DNA of 64,000 nt, taken from the NCBI GenBank assembly GCA_965140415.1, contig OZ223209.1:4672001-4736000 (forward strand), given 5' to 3'. This stretch comes from Myxococcota bacterium. Lineage in GTDB: Bacteria; Myxococcota_A; SURF-8. This document shows, piece after piece, positions 40,046 to 49,730 of this stretch. Under the pieces are notes generated by a model that had not been told where the DNA came from, did no database searches, and saw nothing but the letters and a program-made list of their open reading frames with translations. The translations under genes and the position numbers were made by a program. Positions within the stretch are counted from its first letter, which is position 1. Each line of letters opens with the position of its first letter.

Positions 40046-40849
40046 TTAATTGGGCGGCAGATGGAAACTGATGCCAACGGTAATGAAATAGTTATTGCGA
40101 AGCAGCGTACCACCTCGCTCGTTGCCGCCAACACCCGCATTTCCGAGATTATTGTCCACGTCCGCCTCTTCGCTTCGGCGATCCGTGGCGATCAGCGCGT
40201 AATACATGAAGTCCGCCCGCAGAGACAACCACTTGAGCAGGTAGATGTTCATGAACAGGCCGATGTCCGGGGCCGGTGCGTAATCACCGTTATCCAGAGC
40301 CATCACACCCGCGCCGACCGACAGACCCACGTCATAGTGAGCAATCCAGTTGGACACGAAGGAAAACTTACCGTAGATCGGCTTGAACACCAAATCGAGG
40401 TTGGCGAACCAGTTGATCTCGGCATTTTTCAGGAAGTCCATGTTCACACCGGCTTCTTCCGCGCGATCCGCAGAGTCACGCTGGAAGTTGTCCATGTGCG
40501 CGCCAACCAACTGTAGACCGAACATTTCCGTGATGTGGAAGGTGTAACGACCACCCTCGACAATACTGAAAACGAACGAATCCGCAGGAGCCACGCCGAA
40601 AAAGAGGTTCAGCTCGTGCTTCATGGCGCTGGGATAGAGTTTCTTCTCTACCACCTTGGCTTTCTTCTCAAGCGGGAGATTGATATCCCGTTGAGTTTCT
40701 TCTCCCTGATCGGATTCGCCCTGATCCTCCATGGCCGTATCCTCGTCGAACGGGGATGGCGAATCCATGTCTTGACCAAATGCGCCGAGAGGGAAGACCC
40801 ATGATACGGCTGCCAGCAACACTACCAAAAGAACGGTTTGCTTCTTCAT
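40046..40849 (-). CDS. GltA/GltB-like outer-membrane beta-barrel protein
   Basis: Signal peptide, KVVEKK, PIYGKFSF..IAHYD, alternating beta-strands; precedes gltC. Confidence 0.75.
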   Translation of the reverse strand: MKKQTVLLVVLLAAVSWVFPLGAFGQDMDSPSPFDEDTAMEDQGESDQGEETQRDINLPLEKKAKVVEKKLYPSAMKHELNLFFGVAPADSFVFSIVEGGRYTFHITEMFGLQLVGAHMDNFQRDSADRAEEAGVNMDFLKNAEINWFANLDLVFKPIYGKFSFVSNWIAHYDVGLSVGAGVMALDNGDYAPAPDIGLFMNIYLLKWLSLRADFMYYALIATDRRSEEADVDNNLGNAGVGGNERGGTLLRNNYFITVGISFHLPPN

Positions 40850-41294
40850 TGCCCTTCTCTCACCCTACGAGTTGTCTGTAAATCTACACACGGTTTTACA
40901 GAAAGTCATCAGAAACACGCGAGATTTCGCATTATTGTTGAAACGCGATATGCAAGTCAAGGAATTAATCCCAAGACTTGTTTTCCTTACTCAAGATCCG
41001 CAATTTTTTGCGCCTCTTTTTCAAAGAATGTCTTGCTTCCGACGCGTGGCCCTGGAAGAAAAACTGAACGCAAGAAAATCTGCGAATCCAACTTCGATCC
41101 AGTGCAAAAATTTACCGTAACTACTACTTTATGCACAACCTTTTTCGAATCCACCTAATGGAAAGGTTATGATCTGTTAACACGAAACATATTAATAAGC
41201 AAGCAATTTTTCCGTTTCTCCACCGGGGATTCCTATCGATTTTTTACTAACCGGTTTCCTTCCATTTAAACGGAAATATTCAGCCCAATTTTAC

Positions 41295-42440
41295 CTAGTC
41301 GAACAATTTAACACCGGCCGCAAGTTCGAAAGGTATGATGCCCCGGCCCTGCTCCAACGCCAATAACACCAGTAAATTATCGAAAATATGACATGTTCTG
41401 CCTCCGAAGCACCCGCGCAAGGCATCGGAGGATTGATGCTGAAACCCAGCTAGAATTTCCAACAACGAGTAAATCAGGGGTTCTCGATTATAAAGAACAG
41501 CAAAATGCAGCGCGAGGGCGTATACAGCAACTGAGTCGAAAGCTACAGTCGCATCTCCGGAATTCGAATCGTACCTACCTTTCAGCATGCCCGATTCACC
41601 GATCTCCTTTTCTACAAAGTCGATGACTTTGCTTTTCAAATCCCCGGTTTCCGCTAAATGCACCGCACAGAGCAGTTTATTAATGAGATTGTTTTCCTGG
41701 TCGAAATACGATTCACTCCTCAGATCGTATTTATCGTGAAATAGCCCCTGCTCGGATAACGCTTGTAACAACAGAGAACGCGAACGCTGATGGATATGTG
41801 CCCAGTGTTCACTCTGCCCTTCATGATAGCGAGCCAGCAATTTCATGGCATATAGATCCAGATAACTCAGATCCACGACGTTCGACCGGCTCACACCACC
41901 TTTCCAGGACACAGACTCCACCGGAGTATCCTGCACGATTTCATAATCGAGTATCGCTTTCCCCAATTCGCAGGCTTCACACCAAAGCTCCCGGTCCCCC
42001 CAGGCTTCATACGCTTCCAACAGCGCTCTTGCAATGCGCAGATCGTCTATCGAAGCGGAACTGTCTGCGGCCTGATTCGAGTCGGGCAAATAGCGCCAGG
42101 CAATTAACCCCTGCTCGGAGAGCATATGCTTTTTCACATACGTCCAGACTCGATCGAAACGCTTGCGGTCGTTGACAACAACGAAGTAGCGCATCGCCAG
42201 TCCCATCGACTCAGCCAGAACGACCGGCTGTCCCTGAGAATCATTGGAAACCATTGCTGGCGGGAAATCTTCTGGATACGTGAAAATCCGTCCATCGGAA
42301 GAATACATCTCCTGGATGACGAATTCGGTCAGCATTCCGTTTCGGCTGGTTGCGGAACGATAGGAACAAGATGGGCCGCCTCCCCAAACACAGATCGACA
42401 GAACTCCAAACACAACTAATAACCACATGAATTTTCGCAT
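41295..42440 (-). CDS. Glycoside hydrolase family 8-like exported protein
   Basis: ESMGLAM, FDRVW.YV, LIAW, SASIDDLRIA.AL..A...WG, LSY. Confidence 0.75.
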   Translation of the reverse strand: MRKFMWLLVVFGVLSICVWGGGPSCSYRSATSRNGMLTEFVIQEMYSSDGRIFTYPEDFPPAMVSNDSQGQPVVLAESMGLAMRYFVVVNDRKRFDRVWTYVKKHMLSEQGLIAWRYLPDSNQAADSSASIDDLRIARALLEAYEAWGDRELWCEACELGKAILDYEIVQDTPVESVSWKGGVSRSNVVDLSYLDLYAMKLLARYHEGQSEHWAHIHQRSRSLLLQALSEQGLFHDKYDLRSESYFDQENNLINKLLCAVHLAETGDLKSKVIDFVEKEIGESGMLKGRYDSNSGDATVAFDSVAVYALALHFAVLYNREPLIYSLLEILAGFQHQSSDALRGCFGGRTCHIFDNLLVLLALEQGRGIIPFELAAGVKLFD

Positions 42441-42483
42441 GATGTAACCGTACAACAAGAAATAAATAGACAGGACGTGAACT

Positions 42484-43419
42484 CTATAGCGCGGCTTTTG
42501 CCGTATGATAACCGGAAACCAGATCCTGCATGATCTCGGCAGCCGGTTTGATCTCTTTGACTGTAGCAGATATCTGCCCGATTTCCAACTCGCCTTCGTT
42601 CAAATCGCCTTCAAACATGCCCAGTCGGGAGCGCCCCTGGCCGAGTTCGTTCAGTAAAACCTGATCATTGGCGCCATCGCGCTCTTGTTTCATGACTCTT
42701 CGGCAGAACTCGTTTTCAATCAAGCGCACGGGGATCAATGAACGAAGCACCAAATGCGTATCTGCGGGACCGGTCTGAACCACCGCCTGTTGAAAATTCG
42801 GATGGCAGGAAGCCTCAGAGGCGCAAACAAAACGCGTACCGATTTGTACGCCTTCCGCTCCCAATGCAAAGGTCGCCAGCATCGCTCGCCCGTCTCCGAT
42901 GCCACCGGCAGCAATAACCGGAATCGACACAGAATCGACCACCTGGGGAATCAGTACAAAGGAGGTTAATTCATCCCGGCCATTGTGCCCTCCGGCCTCG
43001 AAACCCTCACAAACGACCGCATCGACACCCGCAGCCTCGCACTTTTCAGCCAATACCGGGTTTGAAACGACATGGGCGACTTTCATCCCGGCAGCTTTGA
43101 AGCGCGGTGTATATTTCTTCGGCGATCCGGCGGAAGTGAATACGATCGGCACCTGTTCTTCCAGAATCACATCGACCATGGTCTCGGAATTATGGTTGAA
43201 TATCGGCAGGTTAACACCGAAAGGCTTGTCCGTCAGGGTTTTTGCATTGCGGATATGCTCGCGCAGCAGTTCAGGAGTCATCGACCCAGATCCGATCAAT
43301 CCCAAGCCGCCAGCCTCAGAAACCGCCGCCGCAAGCTTTGCACCACTGACCCAAATCATGCCTCCCTGAATAATTGGAAACTCGATTCCGAATAATCGAC
43401 TGATTCTGGTATCTTTCAT
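42484..43419 (-). CDS. Nitronate monooxygenase/FabK-like flavin oxidoreductase
   Basis: PIIQGGM, EAGGLG, EGFEAGGH, IAAGGIGDG, GVQIGTRF. Confidence 0.9.
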   Translation of the reverse strand: MKDTRISRLFGIEFPIIQGGMIWVSGAKLAAAVSEAGGLGLIGSGSMTPELLREHIRNAKTLTDKPFGVNLPIFNHNSETMVDVILEEQVPIVFTSAGSPKKYTPRFKAAGMKVAHVVSNPVLAEKCEAAGVDAVVCEGFEAGGHNGRDELTSFVLIPQVVDSVSIPVIAAGGIGDGRAMLATFALGAEGVQIGTRFVCASEASCHPNFQQAVVQTGPADTHLVLRSLIPVRLIENEFCRRVMKQERDGANDQVLLNELGQGRSRLGMFEGDLNEGELEIGQISATVKEIKPAAEIMQDLVSGYHTAKAAL

Positions 43420-43446
43420 AACGGTCCTCGTTCATCCGGATATCGG

Positions 43447-44499
43447 CTAGACATTAAAGCGGAAATGGACAACCTCTCCGTCTTTAGGAAGATATTCCTT
43501 GCCTTCCAGCCTCATTTTGTTGGCTTCGCGACATTTGGAATCGCTTCCCAACTCGGCCATGTCTTCCCATTGCATGACTTCGGCGCGGATAAAACCGCGT
43601 TCAATGTCCGAATGGATCTTACCAGCCGCTTTTTGAGCGCGCGTGCCGTTACGGATGGTCCAGGCGCGAACCTCATCGGGACCGGCGGTAAAGAATGAAA
43701 TCAGGTTGAGCATACCGTAGACTTCGCGGATAAAGCGATCTTTGGCCGCTTCGGTAAGCCCAAGCGCTTCCAGATACTCCTGGCGCTCCTGCTCCTCTTC
43801 CAGATCGTTCAATTCCATTTCCACCTGGCCACTGACAACGATCACCTTCAAACCCTGCTTTTCGCAATAAGCCAGTAATTCCGCAGGAGGTTCCTCCGCA
43901 GCCTGGCTCTCATCGACATTGAGCAGCGCCATGCAGTTTTTGCGAGACAAGAATCCGAATCCTGCCAGTTGCACCCAGGCTTCTTCCGGCATATCCAAGG
44001 TCCGCAACGGCAGTTCCTGTTCCAGATGTTCTTGAATTTTCTCAAGATATTCCCGTTCCCGACCTTTATCGCCCTGTTTTTTCAAGCGTTGCAGACGATT
44101 TTCCACCACCATCAGGTCCGCCAGCGTCAATTCCGACTCGAAAGCGGTGGCATCGCGCAACAAATCAGGTTCGTCCGACAAAGCCGGATTGTCGAAACCG
44201 CGCACCACATGTACCAACGCATCGGACTGTCGCATATCCGCCAGCGTTTGGGCGGCAAAACCTTTGCCGCCATCAGGCGTCGTTCCGGCAAAATCGACGA
44301 ATGCGATTTCCGCATAGGTCAGTTTTTTCGGCGAAATCTTGTCTGCAATCTTTTTCAAACGTGCATCGGGCACTTTGATATTTCCCAGATTCTTGACATC
44401 TCCGCCATGGTATCCGCCCACTTCGGCATGCAGTCCGGTCAAGGCATTGAAAATTGTGGTCTTGCCAGCACCACGAAAACCGATAATTCCTACTTTCAT
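43447..44499 (-). CDS. ychF: YchF-family redox-regulated ATPase
   Basis: GFRGAGKTT, VPDARL, DFAG, FFTAG.DEVRAW, AAGKIHSDIERGFIRAEV, FRFNV. Confidence 0.9.
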   Translation of the reverse strand: MKVGIIGFRGAGKTTIFNALTGLHAEVGGYHGGDVKNLGNIKVPDARLKKIADKISPKKLTYAEIAFVDFAGTTPDGGKGFAAQTLADMRQSDALVHVVRGFDNPALSDEPDLLRDATAFESELTLADLMVVENRLQRLKKQGDKGREREYLEKIQEHLEQELPLRTLDMPEEAWVQLAGFGFLSRKNCMALLNVDESQAAEEPPAELLAYCEKQGLKVIVVSGQVEMELNDLEEEQERQEYLEALGLTEAAKDRFIREVYGMLNLISFFTAGPDEVRAWTIRNGTRAQKAAGKIHSDIERGFIRAEVMQWEDMAELGSDSKCREANKMRLEGKEYLPKDGEVVHFRFNV

Positions 44500-44728
44500 T
44501 TGCTTCTCCTCTTCAAGCATTCCGCTTAAGCGTTGTAGCAGATCCTTTCTTCAGTGGCAAGTTGCAGATACCACACAAATTGTAACTTTCTGATTTTACA
44601 GTTGTGAAGCATCACATCATCTGATACAGTCCCATGCAATTATTTATAAAGTATGATTTTTGCGAGGTTTCTGGGGAACAATCCGCGTAATTCGACGAGA
44701 AAACCCTCGCACAAAGGGGAGTAAAAAG

Positions 44729-46003
44729 ATGACGAAGTACAGAACGTTTCTGGTTTCCGTTTGTATTGTGATTCTGGTTTCGTTCCTTTATTCATGCTCT
44801 GGCGGAACGACAATCGACAATGACGATGAAAACGAGGACTCCTGCTCGTCGGACGATGATTGCTCCAGTGGTAAGGTCTGCGATGACGAAACCAAGCGCT
44901 GCGTAGAAGAACCTTCCGGCTGCCTTAACGACAGCGATTGCTCGGCTAGCCAAAGATGCGAGATCCCATTCGGTGCAGATCGAGGCAGCTGTGTGACCAA
45001 TCAAGTCGTCAATGGTTGCCTGTATCACCACGACTGCGCACTAGGATTCTCCTGCTCGGCCAGTTCCCATATCTGCGTTGCCGATGCCAACGCCATTGCC
45101 TGTGTCTCCTCCAGTAACTGCGTCGCTGGTTATAGCTGCTTGATTTCAGGCAGCTCCGGTAAATGTGTACCGGACTCCTCTACCACAGACGGCGATGGAG
45201 AATCGACCTGCGCCTGTCAACAGGATAGCGACTGCGGCGACGTGACACAGCAACTCTGCTACCAATGCACTTGTCAGCCGCGCTATCCCACATGCACCGC
45301 AGCGGGTGACTGCTGGCCGGGTCAAACCTGCAATACCGAAACCGGCAAATGCGAAGGTGAAGTCATCATTGATGGAGACACGGATACCGATACAACGGAT
45401 GGTGATCTACCTGTTGATGGCGACTTGCCGATAGATGGCGATGATGACAATTCCACGCCTCCCGATGGTGACGACGACCTGCCTCCCGCTGATGCCGACC
45501 CGGACCCAGATCCGATTCAACCCGATGGTGACGACGACCAGAACGTATGCATTCCCTGCGCCTCCAGTAGCGATTGTCCCGGTCTGCTCGTTTGCGGTAC
45601 AGAAAGTTGCTGTATAGAACCTTGTGATGCAGAAAGTTGCCCAGCTCCTACGACCTGCAACACCAGCAATGGCTATTGCGAATTCTGTAGTCCCTCCTGC
45701 ACGGGTGGGCGTTGCTGCAACTACAACGCAGACTACTGGTATTGCGGCACCTGTTGCACACCTCCCTGCGGCGCAGGCAAGGTCTGTCAGGCGGGTAGCT
45801 GTGTTACTCCATACTGCCCGATTTGTTCCGCAGATGAACATTGCGACGGCTTTGCTACCGGTTGGATTTGCGTACCCAATGAAGTGGACGGCGACTCGCG
45901 CTATGCTCCCACGAGTTTGCGTTGTCTTCCCGCCAACTCCGATTGCACGGAGGGTGTGGATCATTGTTGCAGTGGTGTTTGTCTGATGGGTACCTGCTTG
46001 TAA
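44729..46003 (+). CDS. Cys-rich surface lipoprotein with DGD linker
   Basis: GGGGAG RBS, LYSC lipobox, about 58 Cys (hand count) in CxxDxDC modules. Confidence 0.8.
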   Translation: MTKYRTFLVSVCIVILVSFLYSCSGGTTIDNDDENEDSCSSDDDCSSGKVCDDETKRCVEEPSGCLNDSDCSASQRCEIPFGADRGSCVTNQVVNGCLYHHDCALGFSCSASSHICVADANAIACVSSSNCVAGYSCLISGSSGKCVPDSSTTDGDGESTCACQQDSDCGDVTQQLCYQCTCQPRYPTCTAAGDCWPGQTCNTETGKCEGEVIIDGDTDTDTTDGDLPVDGDLPIDGDDDNSTPPDGDDDLPPADADPDPDPIQPDGDDDQNVCIPCASSSDCPGLLVCGTESCCIEPCDAESCPAPTTCNTSNGYCEFCSPSCTGGRCCNYNADYWYCGTCCTPPCGAGKVCQAGSCVTPYCPICSADEHCDGFATGWICVPNEVDGDSRYAPTSLRCLPANSDCTEGVDHCCSGVCLMGTCL

Positions 46004-46071
46004 TTGCACGCTTAATATCAGGACAATACAAAAATTCGAAGAATCAACAAAGCCCACCATCAAGGAAGGGA

Positions 46072-46243
46072 TTTTCCCTTCCTCTTCCGTTCGCCCACTT
46101 GCATCATTGGCGGCTTGTACCGGCGCGCGGAAAGCAGTCAAGGCTATATGAACGTCGCTATCGCTCCGGCCTTGACTGCCTCCCTTGTGCGCCCCGGTTC
46201 TTACGCCTTATGACGCGAAGCGGCTCCGTCGGGGAAGGGAAAA
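46072..46243. other. Long rod-like inverted repeat (candidate ncRNA or MITE-like element)
   Basis: Terminal ttttcccttcc/ggaagggaaaa, inner gcagtcaaggc/gccttgactgc, with intermediate helices. Confidence 0.55.
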
Positions 46244-46308
46244 CAAAGCGCCATCCGTCAATCACCACGTGACCGAGCAGACAATCCCCCTAAGATTCTG
46301 GATGTAGT

Positions 46309-47226
46309 TTATTCAGACAATTCGACGCGGTTCTTGCCGTTGGCCTTGGCAAGATACAGGGCGCTGTCTGCGGCATTGATCAATTCCGCACCATCCTGCG
46401 CCTTGCTGTGGGGATACACGGCCACACCAATCGAAATGGTAATGGCTTTATTGTCCATCTCGCGAATCTTCTGTTTCATTACCTGTTCGCGGATCTTTTC
46501 GGCCACTAACAACGCGCCTTGCGGAGGAGTACTAGGCAGCATCAACACGAACTCCTCGCCGCCGTAACGGGCAAACACGTCATGACTACGAATCTCGCTT
46601 TTGACCAGATCGGCGGTTTTCTTTAGGACTTTGTCGCCGACCAGGTGACCGTACTGATCGTTGGTGTGCTTGAAATTGTCGATATCGAAGATAATCACCG
46701 CCAGGTTGTGGTTATAACGAGTGGCACGCGAGAATTCCATGTCGAAGATTTCCATGAAATGTCGCCGGTTATAGATTTCCGTGAGGTAGTCGGTAATCGA
46801 CAATTCCTTGTAGCGCTGTTTGGCGATACGCAACTCGTCCTGCAAGTGCTTGACCTTCAACTGCACCCGCACACGTGCAATCAGTTCGCCTGGATCGAAA
46901 GGCTTGGTCAGATAATCGGAAGCGCCCAGATCCAGCCCTTTGATTTTCTTGTCCACCGAGACTTGCCCGGTAAGCATAATCACCGGAATATCCCGCCATT
47001 CCATATGGCTTTTCATTTCCTGCAAAAATTCATAGCCATCCATGCCGGGCATAACGATATCGCAGATCACCAGTTCGACATCGTTACGCTTGAGCGCTTC
47101 CAGCCCATCGTGAGCGGTGGAAGCCTCGAAGTAATGATTGAATAACTGAGCCTGTTGCAAGACCAAAAGAATGCCCTGCCTAATCGTGCTGGAATCATCC
47201 ATGATGAGAACATTCTTTTCTCTCAT
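46309..47226 (-). CDS. Receiver-GGDEF diguanylate cyclase
   Basis: REC (DIVMP, KPF) plus GGEEF with RSHD I-site. Confidence 0.93.
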   Translation of the reverse strand: MREKNVLIMDDSSTIRQGILLVLQQAQLFNHYFEASTAHDGLEALKRNDVELVICDIVMPGMDGYEFLQEMKSHMEWRDIPVIMLTGQVSVDKKIKGLDLGASDYLTKPFDPGELIARVRVQLKVKHLQDELRIAKQRYKELSITDYLTEIYNRRHFMEIFDMEFSRATRYNHNLAVIIFDIDNFKHTNDQYGHLVGDKVLKKTADLVKSEIRSHDVFARYGGEEFVLMLPSTPPQGALLVAEKIREQVMKQKIREMDNKAITISIGVAVYPHSKAQDGAELINAADSALYLAKANGKNRVELSE

Positions 47227-47263
47227 GCGCATTCTCTCACCTTTCACTCACTTCAATATCGAT

Positions 47264-47665
47264 TTACTCTCCACGTGCGCGTCGCACCGCCTCACGCACA
47301 TCATCGCGTTCGCGCAGCATCGGTCCACTTTCCTCGACCGTAACCGTCTTCTTGGCACCGCACTTTTTGCAACCTAAATTGACATGCGTCCCAATGCGAT
47401 CAGGCGGGAAACCGGTCACTTCCCAGAAATGACTGCAAGCCCCATTGCCACGCGCTTCACGCTTGCGACGCTTGCGCTGGGCTTTGGTTTCCTCTGCAAC
47501 ATCCGAAACACCATCCGAAGAAGAATCCTGTTCCGAGGCTCCCTCGAAGAGGTCCTCATCGTCGAATCGATCCACCGGACGCGACAAGCGACGCATCACC
47601 AATAGCAGCAGCACTCCTGCTACCAAACCGCCGATCAACAGTAATTGTGTAGTATCCAGGTTCAT
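47264..47665 (-). CDS. Small membrane-anchored protein with zinc-ribbon-like C-terminus
   Basis: N-terminal TM, acidic linker, CSH..CKKC; abuts the asnS stop. Confidence 0.6.
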   Translation of the reverse strand: MNLDTTQLLLIGGLVAGVLLLLVMRRLSRPVDRFDDEDLFEGASEQDSSSDGVSDVAEETKAQRKRRKREARGNGACSHFWEVTGFPPDRIGTHVNLGCKKCGAKKTVTVEESGPMLRERDDVREAVRRARGE

Positions 47666-48961
47666 CTAGGGTAATAACCGTTCCATCATCCGTGGGAAGG
47701 GGATGCATTCACGCACGTGATGCGTACCACAGATCCATCCCACCGTCCGTTCCAATCCCAATCCGAACCCGGCGTGCGGGAACGATCCGTAGCGCCGCAG
47801 ATCCAGATACCAGCTGAAATCTTCTTCGTTCAACTCGTGCTTCTTGATTCCGGCCAGCAGTTCCTCGTAGCTGTCTTCGCGCACGCTGCCACCGATGATC
47901 TCGCCCACGCCTTCCGGTGCCAGCAAATCGAATCCCAGTACCTTGCTGCGATCCTCGGGATCCTTTTTCATATAAAACGCCTTGACCGCCGCCGGATAGC
48001 GATGCACGACCAGCGGTTTTTCGTAGGCATTGGTCAGCATGGTTTCGTCATCCGCGCCGAAGTCCTCGCCGTATTCGATGTCCGATCCCATTTCCTTCAG
48101 TTTCCCCACGGCCTCGTCGTAGCTCATGTGAATGAAGGGACCGGTAATCTTTTTCAGCGGTTCGATATCGCGCTCCAAATCCGCCAGTTCCCGGCTGCGC
48201 TTGTCGAGTACGCGCTGCACGATATAGGAAACCAGATCCTCCGCCAGCTTGATGTCGCCGTCCAGATCCAGATAGGCCACTTCCGGCTCGACCATCCAGA
48301 ATTCGGTCAGATGTCGACGGGTTTTCGATTTTTCCGCCCGGAAGGTCGGACCGAAACAGTATACTTTGCCAAGCGCCGCCGCGCCCGCTTCCATGTACAA
48401 CTGCCCGGACTGCGTCAGGTAGGCTTTATCGTCGAAGTACCCGACTTCAAACAAAGTGCTGGTACCTTCGCAAGCCGAAGACATGAAAATCGGTGCATCC
48501 AGGTTAACGAATCCCCGTGCATTGAAGAATTCGCGAATGGCCGCGATCACTTCGGCCCGGATACGCATGGTGGCCACCTGTTTTTTGGAACGCAGCCACA
48601 AATGCCGATGATCCAACAGGAAACCGACGCCGTGCTCTTTGGGTGTAATCGGGTATTCCTCGACCGGATCGGCCACAACCTGCACCGTAGACACTGCCAG
48701 TTCGTACCCCAATGGCGAGCGCTCGTCGCGTTTGACAAGACCGGTGACGATCAACGACGTTTCCTGCGCCAGATGATCACACAAGTCGTACAGTTCCTCA
48801 CCGGCTTCGGGACGGAAAACAACACCTTGAATGATCCCGGTTCCATCACGTATCTGCAAAAACACCAGTTTCTTGGAAGAACGCTTATTGTAAAGCCAGC
48901 CTTTCAACTGGACGGTTTCGCCTTCGTGCTTGTAAATATCCTCGATATAAACCTGCTCCAT
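47666..48961 (-). CDS. asnS: Asparagine--tRNA ligase
   Basis: [45 protein letters not shown]. Confidence 0.96.
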   Translation of the reverse strand: MEQVYIEDIYKHEGETVQLKGWLYNKRSSKKLVFLQIRDGTGIIQGVVFRPEAGEELYDLCDHLAQETSLIVTGLVKRDERSPLGYELAVSTVQVVADPVEEYPITPKEHGVGFLLDHRHLWLRSKKQVATMRIRAEVIAAIREFFNARGFVNLDAPIFMSSACEGTSTLFEVGYFDDKAYLTQSGQLYMEAGAAALGKVYCFGPTFRAEKSKTRRHLTEFWMVEPEVAYLDLDGDIKLAEDLVSYIVQRVLDKRSRELADLERDIEPLKKITGPFIHMSYDEAVGKLKEMGSDIEYGEDFGADDETMLTNAYEKPLVVHRYPAAVKAFYMKKDPEDRSKVLGFDLLAPEGVGEIIGGSVREDSYEELLAGIKKHELNEEDFSWYLDLRRYGSFPHAGFGLGLERTVGWICGTHHVRECIPFPRMMERLLP

Positions 48962-49292
48962 CAACCACAATCCTCCACAACAAATAGAAATGAATCGTTC
49001 CATTGGAATCTGCCACAGTCTATGGAAATCGGCAAGGGATGTCAACGCATTTGATCGTTTCACCTCGCTTCGTTCAGCACTATAAAAACCTATTTGACAG
49101 ATAAGTCAATCCTGCATCCCGAAAACCATCCTGGTCGAGAAAAGAAGCGCTTTGTTCTCGCTGCTGGTGTGATATATTGGGTTCTCCATGGAAATTTTAA
49201 CTTGCTGCCAGACAATGACTTCACTCACCAATACCGTCAATGGCTGGTGATCGACGAGCGTTTCGGATATGCTTGAAATCAGGAGTGATATC

Positions 49293-49694
49293 ATGAACGG
49301 GTTTTATATCAGAATAGCTTTCGTGATGGCAATGGCCTGTAATTTATTTACTGCCTGCGGTGATGACGGCTCTCCCTGCACCGATTCCATCAACTATTGC
49401 CCCTATTGCCGCATCGCCGGCGAGATGTGTGTTGGCAACGTACGGGTACGTATCGATTGTGACATTGAAACCGACGACAAAACCTGCAACATCTGGAGCA
49501 AGTACAACCTCGTGGCAGAACAGGACTGCGAAGATGGATTCCGCTGTATAGACAATGCCTTACCGAACTGCACGGATTTTTCTGAAACCGGAGCCTATTC
49601 CTGCATTAACGTCACACTGAAAGCAAACTGCATCAAAGCGGAAGACATTCCCGCAAGTGAAGAGGAAATCTGCGAGTGGTTCGATTCGATGTAA
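49293..49694 (+). CDS. Small Cys-rich lipoprotein
   Basis: AGGAG RBS, FTAC lipobox, 12 further Cys. Confidence 0.65.
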   Translation: MNGFYIRIAFVMAMACNLFTACGDDGSPCTDSINYCPYCRIAGEMCVGNVRVRIDCDIETDDKTCNIWSKYNLVAEQDCEDGFRCIDNALPNCTDFSETGAYSCINVTLKANCIKAEDIPASEEEICEWFDSM

Positions 49695-49730
49695 ACGGGC
49701 AATAAAATCCACGTTTTCGCGACACTTAGA

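Noticed and set aside
47717-49054. Long antisense ORFs (also 26822-27994, 39263-40516, 62906-63763, 114-884)
   Set aside because: Shadows of well-supported opposite-strand genes with no recognisable motifs
49094-49109. TTGAC-N6-GTCAA palindrome between asnS and a lipoprotein gene
   Set aside because: Does not match FNR spacing, occurs once and could be chance
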